Part shown: positions 1 to 8,234 of the stretch, piece after piece | Layout: each line of letters begins with the position of its first letter | How positions within the stretch are numbered: position 1 is the first letter of the stretch | Assembly: GCA_039587315.1 (NCBI GenBank) | Contig: JBDHIS010000021.1 | Location: forward strand, 1,972 to 65,971 | Source: Gemmatimonadota bacterium | GTDB lineage: Bacteria > Gemmatimonadota > Gemmatimonadetes > Gemmatimonadales > GWC2-71-9 | Reading direction: 5' to 3' | Length of the DNA: 64,000 nucleotides | The notes under the pieces: model-generated | Told to the model about the DNA's origin: nothing | The model's database searches: none | Seen by the model: only the letters and a program-made list of their open reading frames with translations | Program-made: the position numbers and the translations under genes

Positions 1-1051
1 TCCCGCCGGCCACGAGAGTGGCGTCCTGCTTTCCGCTCTCGATGTAGGACATCACCTTCTCGTGCTGTCGCCTCGACGCGATGGCGCCGAGCCTCGTATC
101 CCGATCGAACGGGTCGCCTACGGCGAGCCTCTTGGCGCGCGAGGCTAGCTGTTCCACGACCTCGTCGTGCACGGAGCGCTCCACCAGAAGCCGCGAGCCC
201 GCAGCGCACACCTCACCCTTGCCGTAGAAGATGCCGTTCTGGGCGCCCTTTACCGCCGCCTTCAGGTCGGCATCGGCGAAGATGATGTTGGGGCTCTTGC
301 CTCCCAGCTCGAGCGTCACGCGCTTGAGCGTGTCGGCCGCTTGCCGCATCACCTGCTGGCCGACGGCGGTAGACCCGGTGAACGCGATCTTGTCGACGCC
401 AGGGTGCCGCACCAGAGCGGCCCCGGTCGTCGGCCCGTCGCCCGGTACAACGTTGAACGCTCCGGCGGGGAAGCCGGCTTCCGCCATGATCTCTGCCATA
501 AGGAGCGCCGTCAGCGGCGTCTCTTCGGCGGGCTTGAGCACGATCGTGCATCCCGCGGCCAGGGCAGGGGCGAACTTCCAGCTGGCGAGGTTGAGCGGGA
601 AGTTCCATGGTACGATCGCGCCGACCACGCCGACGGGCTCGCGCACCGTGTACACGAAGTCCTGGCCGTCCACCGGGAGGACCGCGCCGGCCACCTTGTC
701 GGCCCAGCCGCCGTAGTACTTCAGCGTCTGCACCGTGGATGCCACGTCTATCTTGGACTCGAACAGTGGCTTGCCGTTCTGCCGCGTCTCGAGCTCCGCC
801 ATCTCCTTGCGTCGCTCGTGCAGCAACTCACCCGCGCGGTGGAGCAGGGCGCCGCGCCGGCGGCCCGACAACGCACGCCACTCTTCGCTCTCCAGGCACC
901 TGCGCGCGGCCTCGACCGCTGCGTCCACGTCAGCCGCACCGCCCGCCTCGACCGACGCCAGCACTTCCTCGGTGGCGGGGTTGACCACCTCGAGCTGTTT
1001 GCCCGAGGCGGCCGCCCGCCATTCGTTGTCTATGAACAGCTGGGTGCGCAC
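1..1051 (-). CDS. NAD(P)-dependent aldehyde dehydrogenase; the C-terminus runs off the window edge. Last gene of the paa cluster.
   Basis: My own minus-strand translation gives VRTQLFIDNEW...WKFAPALAAGCTIVLKPAEE...VTLELGGKSPNIIFADADL...GEVCAAGSR, which are classic ALDH motifs. The GTG start at 1051 overlaps the TAG stop of the upstream gene. It is absent from the ORF track because it is truncated. Confidence 0.85.
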   Translation of the reverse strand, partial: MRTQLFIDNEWRAAASGKQLEVVNPATEEVLASVEAGGAADVDAAVEAARRCLESEEWRALSGRRRGALLHRAGELLHERRKEMAELETRQNGKPLFESKIDVASTVQTLKYYGGWADKVAGAVLPVDGQDFVYTVREPVGVVGAIVPWNFPLNLASWKFAPALAAGCTIVLKPAEETPLTALLMAEIMAEAGFPAGAFNVVPGDGPTTGAALVRHPGVDKIAFTGSTAVGQQVMRQAADTLKRVTLELGGKSPNIIFADADLKAAVKGAQNGIFYGKGEVCAAGSRLLVERSVHDEVVEQLASRAKRLAVGDPFDRDTRLGAIASRRQHEKVMSYIESGKQDATLVAGG

Positions 1052-1851
1052 TAGACGCCCTTGAACTCGGGCTTGCGCTTCTCGGTGTAGGCCGAGAGAC
1101 CCTCGGTCGCGTCAGCGCTCTGGAACAGCTGCTGCTGCAGTTCGCGCTCGATGGCGAGCCCGCTCTCGAACGGCACCTCGAGTCCGGAGCACACGGCGCG
1201 CTTGATGTTGCCCACCGCCTTGGAAGCCTTGCCCGGCGTGCAGAACTGCCTTGCGTAGGCGACCGCGTCGTCCCAGAAGTTCTCCTTGGGGAACACCTCG
1301 TTCACGAGGCCGATCTCCTTGGCCTCCTCGAACGAGAACATGCGTCCGGTCGCCATCATCTCGATCGAGCGCGACTTGCCGAGGATGCGCGACAGGCGCT
1401 GCGTCCCGCCCGTTCCCGGCAGCACGCCCAGCGTCACCTCCGGCAGCCCGATCTTGCCGTTGTCCTTGCAGGCCACGCGCAGGTCGGCGGCCATCGCGAT
1501 CTCGAGACCGCCGCCCACGGTGTGTCCGTTCAGCGCGGCGATCACGAGCTTTGGTGTCTGCTCGAGCCTGTTCAGTGTCTCGTTGGCGTGGAGGCAGAAG
1601 AAGTACTTGAAGCGGGGCGTCACCTCCGACAGCATCTGGATGTTGGCTCCCGCCGAGAAGAACTTCTCGCCCTTGCCGCGCAGCACGATCACCTCCACCT
1701 CGTCATCCATCCGCGCGGTGAGGATCGCCTCGTCCAGCTGGCGCATCATCTCGTAGGTGTAGGTGTTGGCCGGCGGATCGTTCAGCTCCAGGATCGCCAG
1801 GCCATTTTCGGTGCGGTATTCCACCAGCGTGTTGTTAGCGGTCTTCGCCAT
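1051..1851 (-). CDS. enoyl-CoA hydratase/isomerase (crotonase) family protein
   Basis: Crotonase fold motifs are present: FFSAGANI, GHTVGGGLEIAMAADLRV and LPEVTLGVLPGTGGTQRL. The start was moved to the ATG at 1851 (MAKTANNTL), which has AAGGAGG 9 nt upstream. Confidence 0.85.
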   Translation of the reverse strand: MAKTANNTLVEYRTENGLAILELNDPPANTYTYEMMRQLDEAILTARMDDEVEVIVLRGKGEKFFSAGANIQMLSEVTPRFKYFFCLHANETLNRLEQTPKLVIAALNGHTVGGGLEIAMAADLRVACKDNGKIGLPEVTLGVLPGTGGTQRLSRILGKSRSIEMMATGRMFSFEEAKEIGLVNEVFPKENFWDDAVAYARQFCTPGKASKAVGNIKRAVCSGLEVPFESGLAIERELQQQLFQSADATEGLSAYTEKRKPEFKGV

Positions 1852-1928
1852 TGCGGTGCTTCCTCCTTGGGTTTCCGTAGCGCGGTCGGAGGGCTTCGCC
1901 ACACCGGCCGCAGGCCAGTAGTATCACT

Positions 1929-2120
1929 CTAGGGTCGTTCCTCGTCGAGGAACTCGGGAAGATCCAGCTCTGCCTCCCTGTCGCCCCACTTGATCGCCTC
2001 GAACGACGACCGGCACTTTCGGCAGTAGTGCAGGGCCACCATCAGCGACGTCCCGAAGTCGGACTGCTTCTCCGTTTCGGTGGACTGACAGAACGGGCAG
2101 CTCTTGCTCGGCGCGTTCAC
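1929..2120 (-). CDS. PaaD-like zinc-ribbon protein (stand-alone C-terminal module of PaaD)
   Basis: 63 aa with CPFC-x(~24)-CRKC and a SDFGTS motif, resembling the C-terminal Cys4 tail of E. coli PaaD. Its GTG start overlaps the paaC stop (GTGA). Confidence 0.7.
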   Translation of the reverse strand: MNAPSKSCPFCQSTETEKQSDFGTSLMVALHYCRKCRSSFEAIKWGDREAELDLPEFLDEERP

Positions 2121-2935
2121 TGTTTGAGCTTGAAGACGGCATTCTTGCTGCCGCGCAAGTGGTACAGGATGTCATCGCTCGGGCCGGTGCCCTGCGCCCG
2201 TCGCGTCCTGGGGCTCCAGCCGTCGGGCGCCGCCCCAGCCACTTCGATTCGGACCCCCAAGGGCGCGGCAACCTGCTCGATGTCCGAGACCAGGTCCGCG
2301 AAGACTTCGGGGTTGGTCTTGGACTTCACCGCCGCTTCCACCAGTGCCTCGTCCTCCGGCTCGTTCGCCGGACCGAACCACTCCTTAGCGCTAGCCAGGG
2401 CACGGTTCACGGCCGCTTCAGCGGAGCGCCGGCACTCCTCGCTCTTGCCGCACAGCGTGCGGAACCAGCCCTGCCCGTGGTGAATGTGGTAGCGCTCCTC
2501 GTCCAGCATCTTCTCGAGACTCATCCTGAGCGGCGCGAACGACGAGCCCTTGAGGGAGTGGAGCAGGCGCGTCAGCGCCAGGTCCACCACGTAGTTCGCG
2601 GCGACGAGCTCGGCCCAGTCCGTGAGATCCCGATCCAGGTAGGAGATGCTGGCGAACTCTCCGGGCTTCCGGCCCTCGACCAGCTGCACGGGATCGGCAC
2701 CGTAGTGCCGCTTTAGCAGGCCGTGCAGCAGCCGGACGTGTCCCAGCTCCGTCTGGCATAGCGAGCAGCCCGCGATCGCCGCCTCCAGCTCGGGCGGGCC
2801 GAACGTCCACTCACCGTAGTGGTATCCCAGCATGAGCTTCGTGTCGGCACAGGCGGTCAGCAGGTTGCGCAATCCGTCGGCGCACGCGTCGCTCATGCCT
2901 TCCGTGGAGTCGTATTGCTTGGCTGTCTGAATCAT
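2117..2935 (-). CDS. paaC: 1,2-phenylacetyl-CoA epoxidase subunit C
   Basis: 272 aa with a ferritin-like di-iron fold signature (LMLGYHYGEW...QTELGHVRLL...EERYHIHHGQGW). It sits in the paaA/B/C context. Confidence 0.85.
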   Translation of the reverse strand: MIQTAKQYDSTEGMSDACADGLRNLLTACADTKLMLGYHYGEWTFGPPELEAAIAGCSLCQTELGHVRLLHGLLKRHYGADPVQLVEGRKPGEFASISYLDRDLTDWAELVAANYVVDLALTRLLHSLKGSSFAPLRMSLEKMLDEERYHIHHGQGWFRTLCGKSEECRRSAEAAVNRALASAKEWFGPANEPEDEALVEAAVKSKTNPEVFADLVSDIEQVAAPLGVRIEVAGAAPDGWSPRTRRAQGTGPSDDILYHLRGSKNAVFKLKQ

Positions 2936-2942
2936 GCTCCGC

Positions 2943-3158
2943 TCAGTTGCCCCACAGCGGCAGTGCGCCGTCGTGAGTGATCGATATGAAGGCGTTGCGC
3001 GGCACGACGCACATCTCCACCCACTTTTCCTCGTCGTACATCGTCCACGCGTAGGCCTTGGCCAGGTCGTCGTCGGCAGCGTTCACGCTCCCCACGTGCT
3101 TGAGCGCCTCCGTATGGTCCTTGCGCGCGAACACCTCGTAGACCTGCGCGTAAGTCAT
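2943..3158 (-). CDS. paaB: 1,2-phenylacetyl-CoA epoxidase subunit B
   Basis: 71 aa (MTYAQVYEVFARKDHTEALKHVGSV...), the typical PaaB size and sequence, located between paaA and paaC. Confidence 0.85.
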   Translation of the reverse strand: MTYAQVYEVFARKDHTEALKHVGSVNAADDDLAKAYAWTMYDEEKWVEMCVVPRNAFISITHDGALPLWGN

Positions 3159-3173
3159 CCTCGATCCCCTCGG

Positions 3174-3485
3174 TTAGTTGACCACGCCGTATATGCGCAA
3201 CACGCGCCGTCCCCGGTCGCTGATGCGGTCCTTGGACCACGGCGGGCTCCAGACTATCTCGAGCTCCAAGTCGCTGATGTCGGGAAGGGCCAGTACCGCC
3301 TCACGCACGTCGGAGCAGATCATGTCGATGGCGGGGCAGCCGATGGACGTGAACGTGATGTCCACGTGCGCTCTGTCCCCCTCGACGCTCGCGCCGTACA
3401 CCATGCCCATGTCCACGATGCTCAAGGGGTACTCGGGATCGGTCACGGCCCCGAGTGCCTCCCACACCGCCTCTACGCCTGCCAC
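3174..3485 (-). CDS. DUF59/MIP18-type Fe-S assembly domain protein (N-terminal module of PaaD)
   Basis: Contains TDPEYPLSIVDMGMVY...ITFTSIGCPA...VWSPPWS, the DUF59 hallmark. The start was placed at the GTG at 3485, with GGAGG 5 nt upstream. It overlaps the paaA 3' end by 13 nt. The longer track ORF (to 3713) is Arg/Gly-rich read-through. Confidence 0.75.
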   Translation of the reverse strand: MAGVEAVWEALGAVTDPEYPLSIVDMGMVYGASVEGDRAHVDITFTSIGCPAIDMICSDVREAVLALPDISDLELEIVWSPPWSKDRISDRGRRVLRIYGVVN

Positions 3486-4429
3486 CGGCGGCCTCCGAAA
3501 AGTCCACCGTTGCCCTGGACCATCTCCACATAGCGTTCGTTCATCGGCCCGCGCGCCTTCCAGCGTTCGAACACCTGGTCCCACGTCAGCGCCTCGTCGT
3601 GCAGCCAGCGCTTCTCGCCCGGATCGTACTGGCAGGGAAACGTGCAGTCGATGACGTACTCCTCGTTGTCGCCGTCCCAATGGGCCGGGACGCTTATCCC
3701 TATCCCCTCGCACAGCGGCACCGTGGCGGCCATCCAGGTCTGGCGCAGCTGGTCGTTCGTCTTGCCCTTGAGCCGGTAGTCAAGCTGCCCGCTGTGCCGC
3801 TTGAGGTCGTCCGGCAGGCCGAACCACTCGAGGGTCATCACGAACATCCAGTCCACCGCACGCTGCAGCGCCTCCCTGGCCTCACCGCCGGCCTTGGAGA
3901 GCCGCTTCATCCACGACTCGCCGTGCCGCAGGTGGAGGATCTCCTCTCGGTCCACCTTCACGAGCGCCCGCTTGAGCGGACCGTAGCTCGTGTGCTCGTG
4001 CACGTCGCCGAGCAGGGTGATGCCGGCGCGATCGAAGAAGCCGTTGGCGACCACCATCTCCGCCCAGTTCTCGAGCGGCTGATCGAATCCGTACGGATGC
4101 TTGAACTCGTGCGGCTGGCGTCCGTACACGAGGTGCTGCTTGTCCACGCCGAGGTCCTCCATGATGCGGTAGGCGATGTTGGCGTGGCCCAGCTCGTCGT
4201 GCACGATGGCGGTCACCGCGATGCGGCTGTCTATCGTGGGTGCATCGCGGGCGGCCAGATAGTAGGCCGGAGCGCTCATCAGCTCAGTGTCCCCCTGGAC
4301 CGTGAGCTGCGTGAGCAGCGCCTTCTTGTACCCCGGGGTCATGTCCTCTTCGGATTCGACCATGAAGCCTTCGTTTATCCTGTCGATGAGGGCCTGCTCA
4401 CTGGGGTCGCGTGGCTTCTTGCTCGTCAC
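3473..4429 (-). CDS. paaA: 1,2-phenylacetyl-CoA epoxidase catalytic subunit A
   Basis: Di-iron ligand motifs DELGHANIAY and EEILHLRHGESW are present. The start was set at the GTG at 4429 (VTSKKPRD), 4 nt after the TetR stop, so the two genes do not overlap. Confidence 0.9.
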   Translation of the reverse strand: MTSKKPRDPSEQALIDRINEGFMVESEEDMTPGYKKALLTQLTVQGDTELMSAPAYYLAARDAPTIDSRIAVTAIVHDELGHANIAYRIMEDLGVDKQHLVYGRQPHEFKHPYGFDQPLENWAEMVVANGFFDRAGITLLGDVHEHTSYGPLKRALVKVDREEILHLRHGESWMKRLSKAGGEAREALQRAVDWMFVMTLEWFGLPDDLKRHSGQLDYRLKGKTNDQLRQTWMAATVPLCEGIGISVPAHWDGDNEEYVIDCTFPCQYDPGEKRWLHDEALTWDQVFERWKARGPMNERYVEMVQGNGGLFGGRRWQA

Positions 4430-4433
4430 CGCG

Positions 4434-5054
4434 TCAGCCTCTCTGGTTCTGGTTGATCGCCGCGCCCCCGGCGCGCTCCGGCGCGGCTCCGCGCAGGAAC
4501 AGCTCCGTGAAGTGCTCAGCGAGGGCATCGGGACGGATCGCTCCCGCGGGGTCGTACCAGGTGTAGATCCAGTTCATCATCCCGAACAGCGCGTAAGCGG
4601 CCACCTTGCTCCCGCCAGCGCCGTTGGCCGCGAATCCTGCGCCTTCCATCAACCCCAGCAGGAGGTCCACGTAGCGCCGCTTCAGTCCGTCGATCGCCTC
4701 GCTCCGCGGGGCCGAGAGGGTCTCGGCTTCGTGCGAGAGGACTTTCATCTCGGGCATGTGCTCGGCAAAGAACGTCACGTGGTGGTGGATGAAGCGCTGC
4801 AGGGCATCGGCCGGGTGCCTGGCAGCCCCCACGGCCGCCTCGGCGCCCTCCAGGACCTCCGTGAAACAGCGCTCTTGGACCAGGGCCAGCAGCTCGTCCT
4901 TGCCGCGCACGTAGTGGTACATCCCGGCCAGGCTCATCCCCGTCTCACGCGAGAGATCACGCATGGTCGTGGGGTGGTAGCCCTTGGCCGCGAACACCCG
5001 CGCCGCAGTGGCCAACAGGTCGTCGAGTCGCTGATCGTAGGTCTTTGGAGTCAT
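4434..5054 (-). CDS. TetR-family transcriptional repressor, PaaR-like. The start is ambiguous (5054 or 5138).
   Basis: TetR HTH region: AARVFAAKGYHPTTMRDLSRETGMSLAGMYHYVRGKDELL. It is the first gene of the paa operon and a palindromic operator lies immediately upstream. Confidence 0.8.
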   Translation of the reverse strand: MTPKTYDQRLDDLLATAARVFAAKGYHPTTMRDLSRETGMSLAGMYHYVRGKDELLALVQERCFTEVLEGAEAAVGAARHPADALQRFIHHHVTFFAEHMPEMKVLSHEAETLSAPRSEAIDGLKRRYVDLLLGLMEGAGFAANGAGGSKVAAYALFGMMNWIYTWYDPAGAIRPDALAEHFTELFLRGAAPERAGGAAINQNQRG

Positions 5055-5055
5055 T

Positions 5056-5069
5056 CGAACGTACGTTCG
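5056..5069 (-). promoter_or_regulatory. Perfect 14-bp palindrome CGAACGTACGTTCG; candidate PaaR operator
   Basis: The sequence is its own reverse complement. It fits the CNAACGNNCGTTNG consensus I recall for Thermus PaaR. It lies just upstream of the TetR start and downstream of TTGACC (5100-5105, minus strand) and a TAGGTT/TATAGG -10-like box (5077-5084). Confidence 0.55.
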
Positions 5070-5177
5070 GTCGGAAAACCTATAGGGATGGTCCCGTTTG
5101 GTCAACGCCCGGGCTCCCAGGGGCCCAATTCCGGCCATCCCGGTTAACTTTGCCCGCCGTGAGACGTCCTACTCAAT

Positions 5178-5726
5178 GTGACCGTGCCTGAGCCCGCAGG
5201 GCCGGCGGATGACGCCCAGCTCATCGCTGCCTGGCGCGCCGGCGACGAGGTGGCGGCGGCGGAGCTGGTGCGGCGCCACACCCCGCCATTGGCGCGGTTC
5301 CTGGCGGCTTCGGGCGCGCGCGAAGACCTGGATGACCTGGTGCAGGAGACACTGTTTCGGGCGTTCAGGAAGATCGAGAGCTTCAGGGGTACTGCGAGTT
5401 TCTCGACCTGGCTGATGGCGATCGGCTCGAACGCGCTCAAGGACTTGCGACGCCGCGCCAAAGGGCGAACAGTGGTGCCGTTGGACGACCGGGAGCTGGA
5501 GGCGGAGGATGGAGATCCGCATTCACTCGCTCTGGAGCGGGACCTGTTGCGGCGGCTCGAGGCGGCCGTGAAGAAGCTGCCTCCGATGCAACGGGACGTC
5601 TTCTTGATGCGGGCCCAGCAGGGAGCCGAGTACGGCGAGATCGCCGAGGCGCTGGAAACGTCGGTCGGGGCGGCACGAGTGCACTACCACCAAGCCGTGA
5701 AGCGGCTGAAGGCGAAGCTGAAATGA
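5178..5726 (+). CDS. ECF-type RNA polymerase sigma factor (sigma-70 family, group 4)
   Basis: Region 2 (DLVQETLFRAFRKIESFRGTASFSTWLMAIGSNALKD) and region 4 (LPPMQRDVFLMRAQQGAEYGEIAEALETSVGAARVHYHQAVKRLK) are both recognisable. Confidence 0.85.
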   Translation: MTVPEPAGPADDAQLIAAWRAGDEVAAAELVRRHTPPLARFLAASGAREDLDDLVQETLFRAFRKIESFRGTASFSTWLMAIGSNALKDLRRRAKGRTVVPLDDRELEAEDGDPHSLALERDLLRRLEAAVKKLPPMQRDVFLMRAQQGAEYGEIAEALETSVGAARVHYHQAVKRLKAKLK

Positions 5727-6133
5727 ACGACCACGAACTGGAACGGCTGGCGAAGCAGCTCGGCAGGGCAGGTGACCGGGTGGATCCCGAAGCTACCGCT
5801 CGCGCCGTCCTGGACCGGCTGAAGGCCGAATCGGAGCAGGAGCCCTCGGTTCGGGCACCGGCGTGGACGCGCCGACCTTTGGTTCGCGTCGCAGCGGCAG
5901 CGGCCCTGGTGGCAGCCACCGTCTTGGGCGTCGAGCAGCTGCGGGGTCCAGCGACCCCGACCGATGCCGAACTCCCTGTTGCGGTCAGCCTGAGTGAGTT
6001 GGCGGCTGACGAGCTCAACTCCGTGCTCGATTCGCTCGATTACGAAGCTCCGGTCCACGAGCTGGTTCCCGTGGCCCTGGCCGATCTCAACGAGGACGAG
6101 CTGACAGCGCTCCTCGAGTCGTTGGAGGGATGA
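5723..6133 (+). CDS. putative anti-sigma factor (single-pass membrane protein, non-ZAS)
   Basis: ATGA overlap with the sigma gene. One TM segment (VRVAAAAALVAATVLGV). No HxxxCxxC motif. The assignment rests on position only. Confidence 0.5.
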   Translation: MNDHELERLAKQLGRAGDRVDPEATARAVLDRLKAESEQEPSVRAPAWTRRPLVRVAAAAALVAATVLGVEQLRGPATPTDAELPVAVSLSELAADELNSVLDSLDYEAPVHELVPVALADLNEDELTALLESLEG

Positions 6134-6612
6134 TGCGTACGATTCTCTTGGTTCCCGCTTTGGCCGCTCTCACGGTACAGCCGCTGACCGCACAAGAGCC
6201 CCCTGAGCGCCGCCAGCAATTGCAGCAGGAGGTGATGCGCCGCTTCACCGAGAACTATCGGGCGCAGGTGGGTCTGGACGATGAGCAAGCGGCCCGCTTC
6301 GAGGAGACGGCGCAGCGGTCCATGGAACACCGCACGACCGCCCTCCAGAGGGAAAGGCAGCTATGGATGGCGCTCCAGGGTCAGATGCGGCCCGGCGTGG
6401 GCGCCGACGAGGACAGCCTCCGGACCCTGATGGCCGCGTTGATCGACATTCAGCAGGAGCGTGTGGACCAGACTCGGGAGGAGATGGCAGCCTACGGCGA
6501 GTTCCTCACGCCGGTTCAGCAGGCGCAGCTGATGCTCTCACTGCGCAGGCTACAGCACCAGATCGAAGGAGCGCGGATGCGCCAGCGCGGACCGCCGGGG
6601 GGAAGACAGTAG
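6130..6612 (+). CDS. periplasmic LTXXQ-motif (Spy/CpxP-like) protein
   Basis: Signal peptide MMRTILLVPALAALTVQPLTAQ, a helical Gln/Arg-rich body and an FLTPVQQAQL motif. ATGA overlap with the upstream gene. Confidence 0.6.
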   Translation: MMRTILLVPALAALTVQPLTAQEPPERRQQLQQEVMRRFTENYRAQVGLDDEQAARFEETAQRSMEHRTTALQRERQLWMALQGQMRPGVGADEDSLRTLMAALIDIQQERVDQTREEMAAYGEFLTPVQQAQLMLSLRRLQHQIEGARMRQRGPPGGRQ

Positions 6613-6636
6613 CGGCAACCATCGCCGTAAACCGGA

Positions 6637-6674
6637 CGCGCAAGACCCCGGGCACTCGCTCGGGGTCTTGCGCG
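6637..6674. terminator. bidirectional hairpin between convergent genes
   Basis: CGCGCAAGACCCCG-(10 nt)-CGGGGTCTTGCGCG, a 14-bp perfect stem. Confidence 0.5.
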
Positions 6675-6682
6675 TTGTGGGC

Positions 6683-7393
6683 TCAGAATCGAACGGTACC
6701 ACCAACAGCTACACCGCCATCTGCGGTTGGCGTGATGCTCAACCGCACCCCTTGGCCGCCGACCTCACTCCAAGACTCGCCCCCTGTAAAGGCACCTATC
6801 GCGCCACCGATGAGGAAGCCAACTCCGCCCCCGACGAGGGCTCCGAGCATAAAGGCCTCCCCCTCGCTGCTGGGGGCCATGATGCACCACCCCGTGCAGG
6901 GCTGGTATGTGGCTACGGCTAGTAAACCGACGGCGGGCGCGGCGAGGAGAGCTCCAACGAATCCGGTCTTCAAGGCTCTCTTTCCGCCGCCCGCGAAGAT
7001 TGCCGCGCTGAGGCCCCAGAAGGCGGCTGCTCCGACCACCTCGCCGGACGGCGCACCCCCGTTGCCGACTGCGAGCAGACCGACCACCACGGCTGTCCCG
7101 GTACCCCAGTAGAGGGCCTTCTTCCCGTCAAACCGGTGACGGGTGCCGACCTCGAGCCGGGTGACATCGCTCAGAGACACAGCTATCGTGTCGTCAACCT
7201 CCGCCAGGATCATCGAGTCGCCCTCCAATTGGAGAAGCGATCCCCTCAACTGCGTCCCGCAATCCGGCAGGCAGCCGGTGACGCGCATCCGGGCTCCGGA
7301 ATCGACGGCCACGAATCTGGACTGTGCCTGGCCCGTCCGAGCCCACGAGAGGGCCGCGAGGATGAGTGACAGGAGAGCAAGTGTCCGCCCCAT
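6683..7393 (-). CDS. hypothetical secreted/membrane protein with a Gly-zipper-rich C-terminal half
   Basis: Signal peptide MGRTLALLSLILAALSWARTGQAQ. GxxxG-rich hydrophobic segments. Ends ...GGTVRF, an OMP-like terminal Phe. Confidence 0.55.
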   Translation of the reverse strand: MGRTLALLSLILAALSWARTGQAQSRFVAVDSGARMRVTGCLPDCGTQLRGSLLQLEGDSMILAEVDDTIAVSLSDVTRLEVGTRHRFDGKKALYWGTGTAVVVGLLAVGNGGAPSGEVVGAAAFWGLSAAIFAGGGKRALKTGFVGALLAAPAVGLLAVATYQPCTGWCIMAPSSEGEAFMLGALVGGGVGFLIGGAIGAFTGGESWSEVGGQGVRLSITPTADGGVAVGGTVRF

Positions 7394-7507
7394 GGTGAGC
7401 TCCTGTGTGCGACGGGTCGAACGTGGCCGGAGCGTGTCAAGTGGACGTCAAGCAGGATTGTGGAACTGGACGGTGGGAAAGGGGTGGGGTTGCGAGCCGC
7501 GAACGAA

Positions 7508-7533
7508 AGGACCCCGGGGTTTCCCGGGGTCCT
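7508..7533 (-). terminator. hairpin downstream of the 7588-8121 gene
   Basis: AGGACCCCGGG-GTTT-CCCGGGGTCCT, followed on the minus strand by UUCGUU. Confidence 0.45.
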
Positions 7534-7587
7534 CTCGTACCTGCCCGTTTTTAATCGCGCGCTGGGCGAGCCGCGCCGCCGCGAGGC

Positions 7588-8121
7588 TCAGCCCGCGATC
7601 TTCACGTCGACGCAGCCGTAAAAGGCTCCGCTCGTGGCATCGCCCACCAGGCAGAACTCCACGGTTCCGCTCAGTCCGCCGAGACCCAGCTCGGTGGCCG
7701 CGAAGTGGAACAACAGATCGAGCGCGCCATTTCCATCGACGTCCACCAGGTGCTCGATCAGCACGTCGTCCCCGCTGAAGTCATGCTTCGGGGAAGCGAA
7801 CACATCGCCCCGGCCGAACAGGATGGTCGAGGTGGCGACCGTGGTCACGTCGAAGGGCTCGCCCTCCGACTCCGGCACCCCGAGGAGGGCCACCGTCACA
7901 GTCCCTTTCTTCTTCCGGCTGAGCACGTCGAAACCCAAGCTCTCGTCCGAGCCCAGCGCCGGCTTGAAGTCGATGGTCAGCTCCCGGGCGTCGTCCGGGA
8001 TCGTTGCGAACAGCCCCGGCTCCATCGGGGCTGCCGCACTCGCGTCTGGGGCGGCCGGGGACGCCCGCTCGCACCCGACAAGAGCGAGCATCGCCACCGG
8101 CACCAGCATCATCCGAAGCAT
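7588..8121 (-). CDS. hypothetical lipoprotein
   Basis: The start was moved to M85 of the track ORF (MLRMMLVPVAMLALVGCE, with lipobox LVGC). A DVDGNGALD loop is Ca-binding-like. The upstream 84 residues of the track ORF are Pro/Arg-rich read-through. Confidence 0.6.
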   Translation of the reverse strand: MLRMMLVPVAMLALVGCERASPAAPDASAAAPMEPGLFATIPDDARELTIDFKPALGSDESLGFDVLSRKKKGTVTVALLGVPESEGEPFDVTTVATSTILFGRGDVFASPKHDFSGDDVLIEHLVDVDGNGALDLLFHFAATELGLGGLSGTVEFCLVGDATSGAFYGCVDVKIAG

Positions 8122-8234
8122 CCGTACCTCCCACGTTGCCCGCCCTGCTGACACACAGACAGCGCGAAGGGCACGGAGGTAACGCAGCGCCACGATTTGG
8201 CGGCCACAGGGGCACGGACTGGCCGGTCGCCGGG

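Noticed and set aside
167-1054. 295-aa plus-strand ORF, with nested ORFs, at the window start
   Set aside because: It is antisense to a clean aldehyde dehydrogenase reading frame. Its composition is Arg/Gly/His/Leu-rich nonsense, typical of stop-poor GC-rich DNA.
8178-8192. Possible sigma54 promoter (TGGCGC-N5-TACC, minus strand) for the 7588-8121 lipoprotein gene
   Set aside because: The -12 element lacks the conserved TTGC/GC, so the match is too weak to call.
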